Shown here: piece by piece, positions 1 to 11,136 of the stretch
How the letters are laid out: the number at the start of each line of letters is the position of its first letter
Position numbering within the stretch: position 1 is the stretch's first letter
Source: Octopus sinensis
Lineage: Eukaryota
Direction: 5' to 3'
Assembly (NCBI RefSeq): GCF_006345805.1
Contig: NC_042998.1
Location: 97,030,001 to 97,094,000, forward strand
DNA: 64,000 nt
The notes under the pieces: model-generated
Database searches by the model: none
Seen by the model: the letters and a program-made list of their open reading frames with translations, nothing else
What the model was told of the DNA's origin: nothing
Program-made: the position numbers and the translations under genes

Positions 1-59
1 CTTGACTCTGGGCTGTTTCTCCTCTCTCAGGTTTTGGTTGGATTCAAATTGTCAGCAAT

Positions 60-290
60 GCTTCTGTAACTTAGCTTTGTTTTTTCTAGGTAGGGGTGCT
101 GGCCTTATGCATATCCCTTTTTACTTCTGAGAAGAGATAGTCCATATTAACCTGGCCCCTAAGCTTTAACATGTTCAGTATGAAAGGCCACCACCAGGAG
201 CTTATGCTTCACTGGCATAGTTCTCAGAGTCATTAAGGCACATAAGCTACCACACCACAACAAGGACTGGTCTTTGCGGGTGGAGTATTT
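60..290. repeat. Interspersed repeat, homologous to about 23390-23610; family not assigned
   Basis: Shared blocks, e.g. ctaggtaggggtgctggcc vs ctaggtagaggtgttgacc, and aaggcacataagctaccacaccac..aaggactg vs gaggcatacaagttatcacaccacaaggactg. Confidence 0.5.
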
Positions 291-810
291 ACTATGCTTT
301 CACTAATTGTTTTAGATACCTTCGTAATTTCAAGCAGACATACACCCTTTTGGCTCTCCTAACCTTCACCTAGTGGAGCATCCAGGATGTGAGAGTTGAA
401 GGAACAGAGACCTGCACCAGCACTCAGCTGGAACTCATTACAGCTGAGCAGACTAGAGCAAAATGGAATGCAAAGCCTTGCTCAAGAATGAAATGTACCA
501 CCCAATCCAGGAATCAAAACTACAACCATATAACTGTGAATTCATCACCTAAACCACTAAACACTATGAACCTTAAAGATCTAAATGAGGATGGGGCAAT
601 TATACATCTTTAGCATGTCAATCTAATGGACATACAATTTATTTCTCTTTCCTTTATTTCTCTTAACACCTTTGTAAAAGAGTATTTTACTGTAAATATA
701 AGGACAAGTAAATACTTCCAAGGCAATATTTCAATATCTTTATCATTGTAATTATTTTATGTTCAATCTGCATTGCTAAAGTCTTCTATGACACAGATTT
801 TTTTGTATAA

Positions 811-812
<2 letters not shown>

Positions 813-846
<34 letters not shown>
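813..846. repeat. (GT)n microsatellite
   Basis: Pure GT run; many other (TA)n, (GT)n and (ATC)n tracts occur in the window. Confidence 0.95.
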
Positions 847-848
<2 letters not shown>

Positions 849-1189
849 TTATTAAATGTATGCAGGCAAATTTATTTATAAAAAGAAAAAAAAATGAGTC
901 ACTGGTCTTTCCTGAGCCATAGGCTTATAAGGCCAGTTTTCTGAATTCTGCAGCATATATAATCCCCCACTGGATAAGATGCCAGTCCAGTGCAGGATTA
1001 CTCATTTTGGCCAACTGAGGGGACTAGAGAAATGTGAAATGAAGTGTTTTGCTCAAGAACACAATGCATTGCCTATTCCAGGAATCAGAACCATAATCTT
1101 AGGATCATGAGTACAACATTCTAACCACTAAGCCACACACCTCCACCAGCCATATTTTTATATAAATATAAACACATATATATAAATAT

Positions 1190-1572
1190 GGCGCAGGAGT
1201 GGCTGTGTGGTAAGGAGCTTGCTTACCAACCACACGATTCCGGGTTCAGTCCCACTGCGTGGCACCTTGGGCAAGTGTCTTCTACTATAGCCTCGGGCCG
1301 ACCAAAGCCTTGTAAGTGGATTCAGAAACTGAAAGAAGCCCGTCGTATATATATATGTATATATGTATATGTGTGTGTGTTTGTGTGTTTGTGTTTGTCC
1401 CCCCCCCCCCAACATCGCTTGACAACCGTTACTTAGCGGTTTGGCAAAAGAGACCGATAGAATAAGTACTAGGCTTACAAAGAATAAGCCCTGGGGTCGA
1501 TTTGCTAGACTAAAAAGGTGGTGCTCCAGCATGGCCGCAGTCAAATGACTGAAACAAGTAAAAGAGTAAAAG
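1190..1572 (+). mobile_element. tRNA-derived SINE (octopus-type), near full length
   Basis: A-box-like TGGCTGTGTGG and B-box-like GGTTCAGTCC, internal (TA/TG)n tract, 3' tail ggtggtgctccagcatggccgcagtcaaatgactgaaacaagtaaaaga; many copies in the window. Confidence 0.85.
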
Positions 1573-2066
1573 ATATATATATATATATATCTATGTATGT
1601 ATATATGTATGTATGTATGCATGTATACATACACATATGCATACATATTCTTAAGGAATGGAATCAATGTGAAACTTCAAGTAGCAGCTCATACAGAGTG
1701 AGTATTGATCGATTGTATGTGTATATACATATTTATGTATGCATATTTAAGTGAAACAATAGACTATGTCTGCAACAACAATCAAGTATATAATTGCTAG
1801 AAATTTAGAATACATTATTTTGCTGTGTGAACAAGTACATTACATAGAAAACCGTAACACACAGACCAGCTAAAACAGTAAAAGAAAAATAACATGAATT
1901 AACTCCCTTCTGTATAAATGTAGCATCTAACCTAGCTAAGCACTTTCGACATTGATAGACAAACATTTCTAGAGTACAGAAAAGTATTTACTCCCAGTTT
2001 GAAATTTCTTAAACTGGGAATAGTTGATGGAAGTCCACACAAAACTAATTTCAAATGTTGTTTTAT

Positions 2067-2466
2067 GTGGCTGTGTGGTAAGTAGCTTGCTTACCAACCA
2101 CATGGTTCCGGGTTCAGTCCCACTGCGTGGCATCTTAAGCAGGTGTCTTCTGCTATAGCCCCGGGCCGACCAAAGCCTTGTGAGTGGATTTGGTAGACGG
2201 AAACTGAAAGAAGCCTGTCGTATATATGTATATATATATGTGTGTGTGTGTTTGTGTGTCTGTGTTTGTCCCCCTAGCATTGCTTGACAACCGATGCTGG
2301 TGTGTTACGTCCCCGTCACTTAGCGGTTCAGTAAAAGAGACCGATAGAATAAGTACTGGGCTTACAAAGGATAAGTCCCGGGGTCGATTTGCTCGACTAA
2401 AGGCGGTGCTCCAGCATGGCCGCAGTCAAATGACTGAAACAAGTAAAAGAGTAAAGAGTAAAAGAG
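2067..2466 (+). mobile_element. tRNA-derived SINE, same family
   Basis: Collinear with 1190-1572 from head to (GTAAAAGA)n tail. Confidence 0.85.
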
Positions 2467-2512
2467 AGAGTATATGTTTTTAAATAGTGTTCAACTCCCA
2501 GTGTCACAAATC

Positions 2513-2720
2513 ATTATCATCATCATATTCATTTAACGTCCATTGTCCATGCTGACATGCGTTGGATGGTTTGACTGGGTTGGCCCACTAGAAGGTTGTG
2601 CTGGGATCCAGTCTGATTTGGCATAGTTTTCTACAGCTGGATGCCCTTCCTAACACCAATCACTCTGAGAGTGTAATGGATGCTGTTACATGCCACTGGC
2701 ACGGATGCCATTTGCATGAC
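2513..2720 (-). mobile_element. RTE LINE 3'-end fragment with (CAT)n tail
   Basis: catcatcat..tttaacgtccattgtccatgctgacatg; the same terminus is attached to RT-coding sequence at 40004-41597. Confidence 0.7.
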
Positions 2721-2808
2721 ACCGGTATCTGCCATGACTGATTTTGCTCAGCTTGATGGGTCTTCTTCTCAAGCATGACATTATGCCAAAGGTCTTGGTC
2801 ATTGCCTT

Positions 2809-2953
2809 TGTGAGGTCCAATACTCGAAAGGAACTCAGCCACTTTGCCTCTATGAGGCCCAATGCTCGAAAAGAACTCAGCCACCTCGCCTCCATGAGAC
2901 CGATACTCGAAAGGAACTCGGCCACTTGCCTCTGTGAGGCCCAACGTTCAAAG
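2809..2953. repeat. Minisatellite, about 42-bp unit, about 3 copies
   Basis: Repeated ccaatactcgaaaggaactcagccac..gcctc(t/c)atgagg. Confidence 0.75.
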
Positions 2954-3099
2954 GTTGATTTTTTATGTGCCACCAGCATGGGTGCACTTTGTTTGATGGG
3001 TCCTCTTAAGCACATCAACAAATGTTCCTGATTTTCTAAAATAGCTATGCAACCACAAGAGTTATAACTGAAACAAAATCCATTGTAGGCATTCTGCAT

Positions 3100-3330
3100 T
3101 CATCATCACCATCATCATTTAATGTCTATTTTCCATGCTGGCATGGGTTGGACAGTTTGATGGAAGCTGGCCAACTGAAGAGCTGCCTGGATTCCATGTC
3201 TGTTTTGGCATGGTTTCTACAGCTGGGTGCCCTTCCTAACAGCAACCACATTACAGAGTGTGCTGGATGATTCTAAGCAGCACTGACATGGGTGCTTTTA
3301 TGTGGCACCAATGCCCACAAGAATAAGATC
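3100..3330 (-). mobile_element. RTE LINE 3'-end fragment; further copies near 3776-3975, 11966-12220, 49530-49815 and 58300-58500
   Basis: catcatcaccatcatcatttaatgtctattttccatgctggcatgggttgg...ggtttctacagctgg..cccttcctaac. Confidence 0.7.
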
Positions 3331-5735
3331 GCTCAGGGAAGAGGGATGCAGGGGACATACTTATATGCAAGAATAACAACAATTTCCCTTTAGCTTGAGA
3401 TGTCTTCTCAAACACAGCAAACTGCCAGAAGTCTCGGTTCCATAAAAAATTATAGTAGAAAACCTTAACGGAAAAATTAACTCCTGTTCAATTTGAGTGA
3501 AGTTGGTATCATCAAGAATTCTGTGCCTGTTGAGGAAAATGCTATTATACTCCTACAATCTTAAATGGGCTTTTTCTTCTTTTTGATTCTCTCTGATGGG
3601 TTTTCATGAGCCTTCCATTTTTAAATAATCCCAAAAATTAAATGCAAATTTTATGCATTATACTCCTCTTCCAAATGATCTAAATGAAAAGAGGAATTTA
3701 TCAGAAGTTCCTGACATTATACAGAAAAGCTGACAACAAATTTTAGACATACTGAAGGCGCTAATTGCTTCCTCTTTATCATCATCGTTTAATGTCCATT
3801 TTCCATGCTGACATAGGTTGAGCAGTTTGACAGGGACAGACAAGTCTGAAGACTACACCAAACTCTGCTGTCTATTTTGGCATGATTTCTGTGGCTGGAT
3901 GTCATTCCTAACACCAACCACTTTACAGAATGTACTGGGTGCTTTTTAGGTGTCACCAGCAGCAGTGAGGTCACCAAATAACTTGCAGGGCCAGACCCCT
4001 CAACTAGGAGGAGTAGTATTAAGGGACAGAAAGATTATATATGTATATTATAATTATTATTAACTGAACTTACAGAAAATAAACAAAACCTACAGTACAA
4101 GTGCAACACATGTGCATTATGCATGCACACAGGCAAATAATCTGAAAATCATTTCAGAATTCTTTTTTAAAAATATGCATACACAAGATAGAAATTTGAT
4201 TAAAAGGAGCTTTGTTTGACTATAGGATCCATCTATTTTTAAAACATCTATTTTGGTCAATTATTTCTCATTCAGGCCCTATTCATCTCCAGATTAAACA
4301 CATTAAAATAATGACCAGAAGCTTAGCCATAATAATAATCAGCAATAACCAAAAATAAATTGCAACTAGGACCTAGAGGAATATCAGAGATGAAAACAGG
4401 TTGCAGATTTGTCCTGAAAAGCAACAACAATTTTTGAAGACATTATGCCAGATAACAGCACTGTTAATTCTATAGTGTTCAGGGGTTTATTTCAAGGTAG
4501 TTCATATTACCTTATCACAAAATAGTTGTAGCATTGTAGTATGTTATAAAACATGGATGACATCCAATATTCTACTGAAAGCAATTAGTTTTGATTCTTG
4601 ATAATTTCTGATTTATTTCAGACCCAGACTGTCATATTTGAAGATATTTTTTTTTTATTCAGAACCTTTAGACACTCAATTGTACTCTCTATTTCATTCT
4701 AATGAAAACTACAGGCTCCCAAAATTTAAAGGTACAATAATTTGTAGTTCTTATTATTGTAAACTAAACCTCCAAGGATTTATCTATAAATTACAGGATC
4801 ATAAGCCTACATCTGTTATCAAGTGGTGAGACAGAGATACATACACCACATGTGTGAGAGAGAGAGAGAGGTTACTGCACAATTACTATCTACTAAATTC
4901 ACTCATAAGGCATTGCTTGGCCCAAGGCTATAGTAGCAGACACTTGCCCAAAGTGTCGCACTGTGGGACTGAATGCAAATCTACATGGTTGCAAGCCATG
5001 CATACACATATCATTACCATCATCATTTAAAGTCCATTTTCAATGTTGGCATGAGTTGGATTATTGCTTCGGTGGTAATAGTTCTGACTCTCAAGGCCCT
5101 AAGTTCAAATCCTGCAAGGGCCAACTTTGATCTTTATCCTTTCAGAGTCAATAATTAAAATGCCAATCCTGTTGTAGCATCAATTATCTTCTTTTGCACT
5201 TTTTTCTACCTCTCTCTCTTCTAGGAGAAATTGGCTGTGATAAGTCCTGGTTTCTGCCAGATCTTAAAATATTTAAGACATTTTATGATGCACCACTATA
5301 GCTCCATCACTAAGTTGAAGGCCCAAGACAAGGCAGCATCCCCAACTGAAGTTCATAACTCAACTTGTTTCAGTTTACCTGACTGAAGAAAAGAAGCCTA
5401 GTAATAAGGGCACCCATTTGTAAAGCAGTTACCCCAACAAAAATTACTACCTCACCTTTATAAGCATGTATAAATGAATATAAAACAGCAATTAAAAATA
5501 AATAAAATAACACACAATATAAAATGTGTTTAAAGTAGCAACTGCCTGAAGTGTACTACTCTTATTCAAGACAAGAGCCACCCAGATCAAAGTTCCGGCT
5601 ACAACAGAAACAATATACTCATTTGAGCATGTTGAAATCGTTACAAACTATTGGAGCTAACAGTGGCAAGGAAAATCTTCACAATGTCCCAAAGGACAAA
5701 CACAAACACCAGTTTACTATTTTGCTTAGAAAACT

Positions 5736-6152
5736 AGGATCTTTTCGGTTTAAACGGCAGTTTTTTAAAATAATTTCCACCTAACTAAACACTTTTAAAC
5801 TTCGTATACTGGTAGAATGTGTTTATAAAACATCTTTTTCTCTTGGCTTTATTGAGAAAATTCTATAGTTTGTAAGATATTTGTTGTTGTTTTTCTTCAA
5901 TTTCTGCAGTTTCACCCAATCAATGACGTCTATTGAGGTGAAAAACATTCTGTGCCGTATGAATATGTCCCTCGTTTAAGAAACAGATTGAGTTTATTTA
6001 CATTTCTGGAGAAAAAAAGATACCCTTCCCCCCACCCCTAACTAATCCTAACCCTAAAACAGATTGAAATGCAATAGATCGATACTAGGGTCATAATTAT
6101 GGGTGACAATTTCATGTGACACCGCTAGAAAAAACTGCCGTTCAAACAGAAA
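5736..6152. mobile_element. MITE (family also at 22546-22933)
   Basis: Terminal inverted repeats ttttcggtttaaacggcagttttt / aaaaaactgccgttcaaacagaaaa; interior nearly collinear with 22546-22933. Confidence 0.75.
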
Positions 6153-7738
6153 ACTATTTATGCACAACACACGGTTGCATTAGGACAGTACACTTAATAC
6201 CTGACTCGTACAAGATTATATGAACAGATACAAGAGAAAACTGCATAATAATCTACTTAATACCGTTCAAGAACTGGCTTGTCACAAGCTCAGAATTTCC
6301 CGCTTACTTTCTTTCATATTGGAATTACCACGACAAGCTTAGTTCAGTTGAGAGTAAAAGGTACCATTTCAGTCGCTGCTCCTTTTACCCCTTAAAGCCT
6401 AATTTTTACTTTTCTGTTTCGTATTTACTGTATTCACTCAGAAATCTCAGCCATCTGCTGAAACATCCCACAGTACTTACTCAAGTGCTCGCATGCGTCT
6501 GCGAGTGAGCTTATCAGACCTGTGGTCAAAGACTTTCTATTCATAGCCACTACGTCTTTCTTTTAGGAACAATGTATTTAAGACATTTTTAAGGCGGTAG
6601 TTGTGTGTGGTTTGAGGGAGATTTAGATGCTATATATAGCAGGTAGAGCAACGGTAAAGTGGCTCCCTTTTGACTCTAGTGAATTCGTGTCGGAGATTTG
6701 TATCATTTCGCTGAATCGAACCCTCAGGGGATATTCTACAAGGTTGCTAAGTAGCAGCCAAAACTCCCTTAAAATACATTTTACAAAAGAGAAGAAAACA
6801 TTGGATAATAATGTCTTAGGTTTACAAAAACACGGAACAGTGATAGTAAGAATGTCTACCCAGTGGGGTAGGGGTGGGTTGATCCGAGTTAGACAACTTC
6901 TTTGGCATCTTTTATAGGTTTGGGAGCGAATGACTGAGTAGTACCTGAATACATAGGATTCATTTCTAAACTAAACTTGTACGATCAGAAGTGTAGTCAA
7001 AAAAGTCAAATAACTGTTGCTTATTTAGTCTGGATTAGATAAAAGAAGATATTAAGTTAATCGTAGAATAAAACAGAAGTTATTTAAACCATTCAATACA
7101 AATCATACATGAAACAAAATAAAAATAAGACACAAATATAATATAATAAAATAGTACTGAAAAGTATCTGCAAGAACCGGGATTAAGAAATATTTAATCT
7201 CGCAGTCGAATTCTGAAATAAAGTTTTTCTAAAGTGGAAAGAAAATGCATTACCGAAGGAATCAACTTCATTAAAACAAAGCACAAACTTGGATTATAAA
7301 GAACAATATATTATAATATATGTATGTGTGTAATGTCATATGTGTGTGTATACGGCTTATTTTGATTGTAGTTATCTCTTCTTAGCTACAATAATAAACA
7401 ATTAGTTACTACTAACCTTTCAAAAGAAATCGATGAATAACCGAATCTTAGCTGGTCTCTGTAAAGAAGAATGTTCAAAAGATGTGAAGCTTTTACTTTC
7501 CAAGATGTTTATTTAAAAAAAAGAAGATATGTCGATGGTCTTAAACGACTCATATTAATGTTAATCCATAACTTGTTTTAGCGTCCTGACAACGGACAGG
7601 TTACAGTTGTCAAGGGAGATAACTAGGTTAATCTTAATTAAAAAGGTACTTTTTAAGTTAACTGTGTGTGTATTGTGACGTATATGCACACGCGCATTTA
7701 TATGCATTTGGACACACACACACACCCATAAATATGTA

Positions 7739-9440
7739 CACTACCGTCAGAAATTAATTAGCACCCTTGATTTGCTCTTCACTCAAGGTATTTGCTGTCA
7801 CCTAGTGGCCATATCTCGAACTATTGCTTTGTTGCGAGTTCACTGTTGCTCAGAACGATGACGTAACTTTGTTTGCAGAGCGGTTTGAGAGTCTACAACC
7901 TAATGATGTTGACATAGCAGTGCAACAACAACTTGGAGTGCGGATGCAGACAAATCTTCCTTTGTTTAATAGATATAGGTAGCACCTCGCAAAGACCGAA
8001 ATCACACCGTACTAAGTTTTCTCATCGCGTAAGACGTTTTGAACAGCTCGTAGGTTAATTGATTTGTGTATTTGCAAGAGTTTTTTTCCTCACAAATTCT
8101 CCTACACTCTGCTTGGTGACGTCACTTCCGGTTCACAAAACTTTCTGTTATACATCAAATAAGGTGAGAAATTCTGCTTTCTTTCTTTTTTGTTTAATGA
8201 ATAATAACTCATAGCAGTTTTGTTATAGCATAACATTATTCAAATGAATAGTTTTAATGAAAATAACTGGTTTTTATCGTTCATTCCTAGATGGGCCCAA
8301 GACCTCGCATGACCTTGGAGAGACGGTACGAGGCTCTCTCGTGGCGTGGGAAACTGTCGGAGGCTGCAATTGCCAGAAAACTTGGTGTAGCCAGGCGCAC
8401 AATTCAGTGCTTATTTGAGAAATACGAGGAAACCGGATCAGCAGCTGACAAAAAGGGTAGGGGATGGAAGAGGCTGACGACCCAGCGGGAGGACCGGATG
8501 CTGATCCGAAAGTCACTGTACAACCGAAGGGCAACGAGCCGGCAACTGACGGAGGAGATGCAAAAGATGACAGGGAAGCAGTTTACAACCACCGTCAAGA
8601 CCAGATTACTGGAAGCTGGTCTAAAATCCTGTAGAGCCGCCCGTAAGCCGCTCCTTACAGCCCAAAACCGGAAGAGGCGGCTGCTCTGGGCCCGTGCCCA
8701 GAAGACATGGACCGTGCAGCAGTGGCGGACAGTGATGTTCACTGACGAGTTGCGATTCAGTCTCGTCAGTGACAAGCCTGTTCATGTGCGACGCCGCAGG
8801 GGTGAGCGCTTCAACAAAGACCGCATTGCTCCCACCATGAAGCATGGTGGGGGTGGTCTGATGGTGTGAGGGGCGTTCAGCTACAGTGGTGTTGGGCGGC
8901 TCTATGCCGTCGAAGGCAACATCAACGCAGCAAAGTACGTTGAGATAGTACGGGATACCTCTTTGGTGGCGAGGAGTACGTGCTCCAGCAGGACAACGCG
9001 CCTCCCACACAGCCAAGCTCACAACCGGTTTCTTCAAGGACTATGGGGTGACGGTCATGGACTGGCCTGTCACCTGACCTGAACCCTATTGAGAACCTCT
9101 GGAGTCGATTGGGTAGGGATTTGAATGTGCAGCAATACAGGAACCGACATGAGCTGTTTGGGGCACTTCTTGCTGCATGGAGAGCCATCCCTGCACAGTA
9201 CCTGCAGGCATTCATAGACAGCATGCCGACCCGCGTAGCAGCTGTCATTGCTGCCAAAGGAGGAGCAACAAAATATTGACTAAATTTCACGATTAATAAC
9301 AATTATGTGGTGTGCTGGGATATGTCTTAATAAATTTTTGATTAAAAACGAGTTCGTTTCTGATAATAAGTTAATTAAATTAAGAAAATGTAAGAAAATG
9401 TAGAAATTTGAGAAGTGCTAATTAATTTCCGACGCAAGTG
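7739..9440 (+). mobile_element. Tc1-family DNA transposon, full length (1702 bp), inactivated
   Basis: 26-bp TIRs CACTACCGTCAGAAATTAATTAGCAC / GTGCTAATTAATTTCCGACGCAAGTG (3 mismatches), TA on both flanks (7737-38, 9441-42), transposase inside. Confidence 0.95.
8291..9279 (+). pseudogene. Tc1 DD34E transposase pseudogene
   Basis: N-terminal HTH, AARKPLL, VMFTDE, KHGGGGLMV*GAF (TGA in place of W at 8867-69), QQDNAP, SPDLNPIENLW, SMPTRVAAVIAAKGGATKY*; at least two frameshifts. Confidence 0.92.
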
Positions 9441-9497
9441 TATGTATGTATATGTATAAACATACGTTACAAATATATATATAACAACAAAATTTTA

Positions 9498-9562
9498 CAT
9501 AGAGTTACCCAATGTTTCGCACCCACTAAGCTAAAGCCGTTTGCACAGCTCGTCAGACTATG
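9498..9562 (-). ncRNA. Type-I hammerhead ribozyme-like motif (left arm of inverted repeat 9504-9659)
   Basis: CATAGT-CTGACGA-GC..GC-GAAA-CATTGG-GTA^-ACT(CT)ATG; core intact, stems II and III short. Confidence 0.4.
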
Positions 9563-9599
9563 AATACAAAATGTTAAAATATCTACGTCGCATATATTC

Positions 9600-9664
9600 A
9601 TATAGTCTGACGAGCTGTCCATAAGGCTTTAGCTTTGTGTGTGCGAAACCTTGGGTAACAATAT
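9600..9664 (+). ncRNA. Type-I hammerhead ribozyme-like motif (right arm of inverted repeat)
   Basis: ATATAGT-CTGACGA(9607-13)-GC..GC-GAAA(9645-48)-CCTTGG-GTA^-ACAATAT; stem I pairs 6 of 7. Confidence 0.45.
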
Positions 9665-9733
9665 ATTTTGTTGTAATAATCACTGCTCTAAATTTTTAGA
9701 GTGTGCTTCTTTCTGATATATGTTTTTTTAACT

Positions 9734-9766
<33 letters not shown>

Positions 9767-9770
<4 letters not shown>

Positions 9771-9887
9771 ATAGAAGTAGCTTCTACAGGACTAGAACTG
9801 TTTCATTCAAAAGAAATCATCAGGAGCTTCCTGATGATTTCTTTTGAATGAAACAGTTCTAGTCCTGTAGAAGCTCCTTCTATAAAA
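9767..9887. repeat. Near-perfect 121-bp palindrome
   Basis: ttttatagaag.agcttctacaggactagaactgtttcattcaaaagaaatcatcagg followed by its reverse complement; sits next to a (TA)n tract. Confidence 0.95.
9823..9877 (+). ncRNA. Type-I hammerhead ribozyme motif
   Basis: GGAGCTTC-CTGATGA-T.TTC TTTT GAA.T-GAAA-CAG TTCTAGTC CTG-TA^-GAAGCTCC: 8-bp stem I, intact core, U.U at position 10.1/11.1; the mirror copy on the minus strand has a weaker stem I. Confidence 0.65.
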
Positions 9888-10011
9888 TAAATTAATTTAC
9901 TCTGCTATGTATTGAGTACCTTATTTACTGTGGTTAACCCCGACTCAACCCGGGACCTACATATATATATATATTACACGCATTTTTTCTCTCCTTGTTT
10001 TTTTCTTTGTA

Positions 10012-10049
10012 TCTTTCTGTCGAAGAGCGTAGGCTCGAAACGTAAAAGA
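10012..10049 (+). ncRNA. Minimal hammerhead-like motif with variant core
   Basis: TCTTT-CTGTCGA-A-GAGC GTAG GCTC-GAAA-CGTA^-AAAGA; stem III reduced to palindromic ACGT; A6 replaced by U. Confidence 0.45.
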
Positions 10050-10157
10050 CTTTTTCTATTCCTGAGCGCTATACTAATACATTTGTTTGTTTGTACTCCA
10101 CCTGCCTTCGTCTTTTGATTATTTTCGTAAACTTTCCCTTTATATATATATATATAT

Positions 10158-10375
10158 TTCTAGTTTCAGCTCAGAGCTGCGGCCATGCTGATGCACCGCC
10201 GTTTTGTGCTATACTGTTATTACGACGAACCTCGTCTAATATGTGGCACTTGGTGAAGAATGGAGTTTGATACGGCTACTCTCATTTGCATCTCTTGCCG
10301 TGAGGTAGGTTCATCTGGGACTCTTGACAGGAAAATGTCCAGCTTTGATTTAAAAACCACTACATCTATATTGCG
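10158..10375 (-). mobile_element. CR1/L2-like LINE 3' end
   Basis: Translates RNIDVVVFKSKLDIFLSRVPDEPTSRQEMQMRVAVSNSILHQVPHIRRGSS*, then a short 3' UTR ending in a (TA)n tract; clade assignment recalled from typical ORF2 C-termini. Confidence 0.65.
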
Positions 10376-10512
10376 GACAGGGAGAATAATAGATCTCATT
10401 CGTATTTTTGGATTCGCTAGTACTGGGTGTCTGGCATGGTTTGTCCGATGTTACAGATATCGGACGGGTATGTTTGATTCTTAGTATTTTCAAATCTAAA
10501 TCAGAAGAAATC

Positions 10513-10574
10513 TCTGAGCTGATGAAGGAAAAGTGGCGTTTTACCCACAAATCCAGAAACAGACTGTCCTCGGG
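10513..10574 (+). ncRNA. Type-I hammerhead ribozyme motif, copy 1
   Basis: TCTGAG-CTGATGA(10519-25)-A GGA AAA GTGG..CCAC AAA TCC A-GAAA(10556-59)-CA GAC TG-TC^-CTCGGG; stem III is the palindrome ACAG.A.CTGT; predicted cut after 10568. Confidence 0.65.
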
Positions 10575-11074
10575 TATCGTATATGGATGTGATCTTTCAT
10601 TGTTTTTCCCTTATACCTATGTGAGTTATTTTTCTGAATATGCATTGTCTGGAGACTTTTATTTGCAGTTGAAGAAATAGCCAAATTTTTGGCTGCTATT
10701 TCTGAAAAGTTCGGTGTGTGGTAAAGTGAATTCTTTTACTTTACCATATTTTTATAAATTAATACTTCAAATATACCGTAAATGGTCTTTACATACCGAA
10801 TACTGCTTGGTCGAATTTATTAACAATTAATTAATTCGACCCCCTTTTTTGATAACAATATAATGCTTTCTCTCCAAGAATTTGAACTGCAGTTTTTACC
10901 TCTGTAGAAATGGAATGCTCTATGACTCACGTGGGCGGACAGGGAGAATAATAGATCTCATTCGTATTTTTGGATTCGCTAGTACTGGGTGTCTGGCATG
11001 GTTTGTCCGATGTTACAGATATCGGACGGGTATGTTTGATTCTTAGTATTTTCAAATCTAAATCAGAAGAAATC

Positions 11075-11136
11075 TCTGAGCTGATGAAGGAAAAGTGGCG
11101 TTTTACCCACAAATCCAGAAACAGACTGTCCTCGGG
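11075..11136 (+). ncRNA. Type-I hammerhead ribozyme motif, copy 2
   Basis: Identical to copy 1, offset +562; predicted cut after 11130. Confidence 0.65.

Noticed and set aside
1190-1270. tRNA genes
   Set aside because: A and B boxes belong to SINE heads; no complete cloverleaf seen
1158-2483. ORFs such as 1158-1667, 1188-1436 and 1969-2280 (similar ones at 56701-57031 and 58712-59106)
   Set aside because: Chance frames through SINE and microsatellite sequence, repeated wherever the SINE occurs
2809-2953. CRISPR-like repeat array
   Set aside because: Direct tandem units without unique spacers, in a eukaryotic repeat context
10660-10720. Extra hammerhead TTGAAGA..AATAGC/GCTATT..GAAA inside the 562-bp unit
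   Set aside because: Extra bases before GAAA, and no stem I, stem III or cleavage triplet
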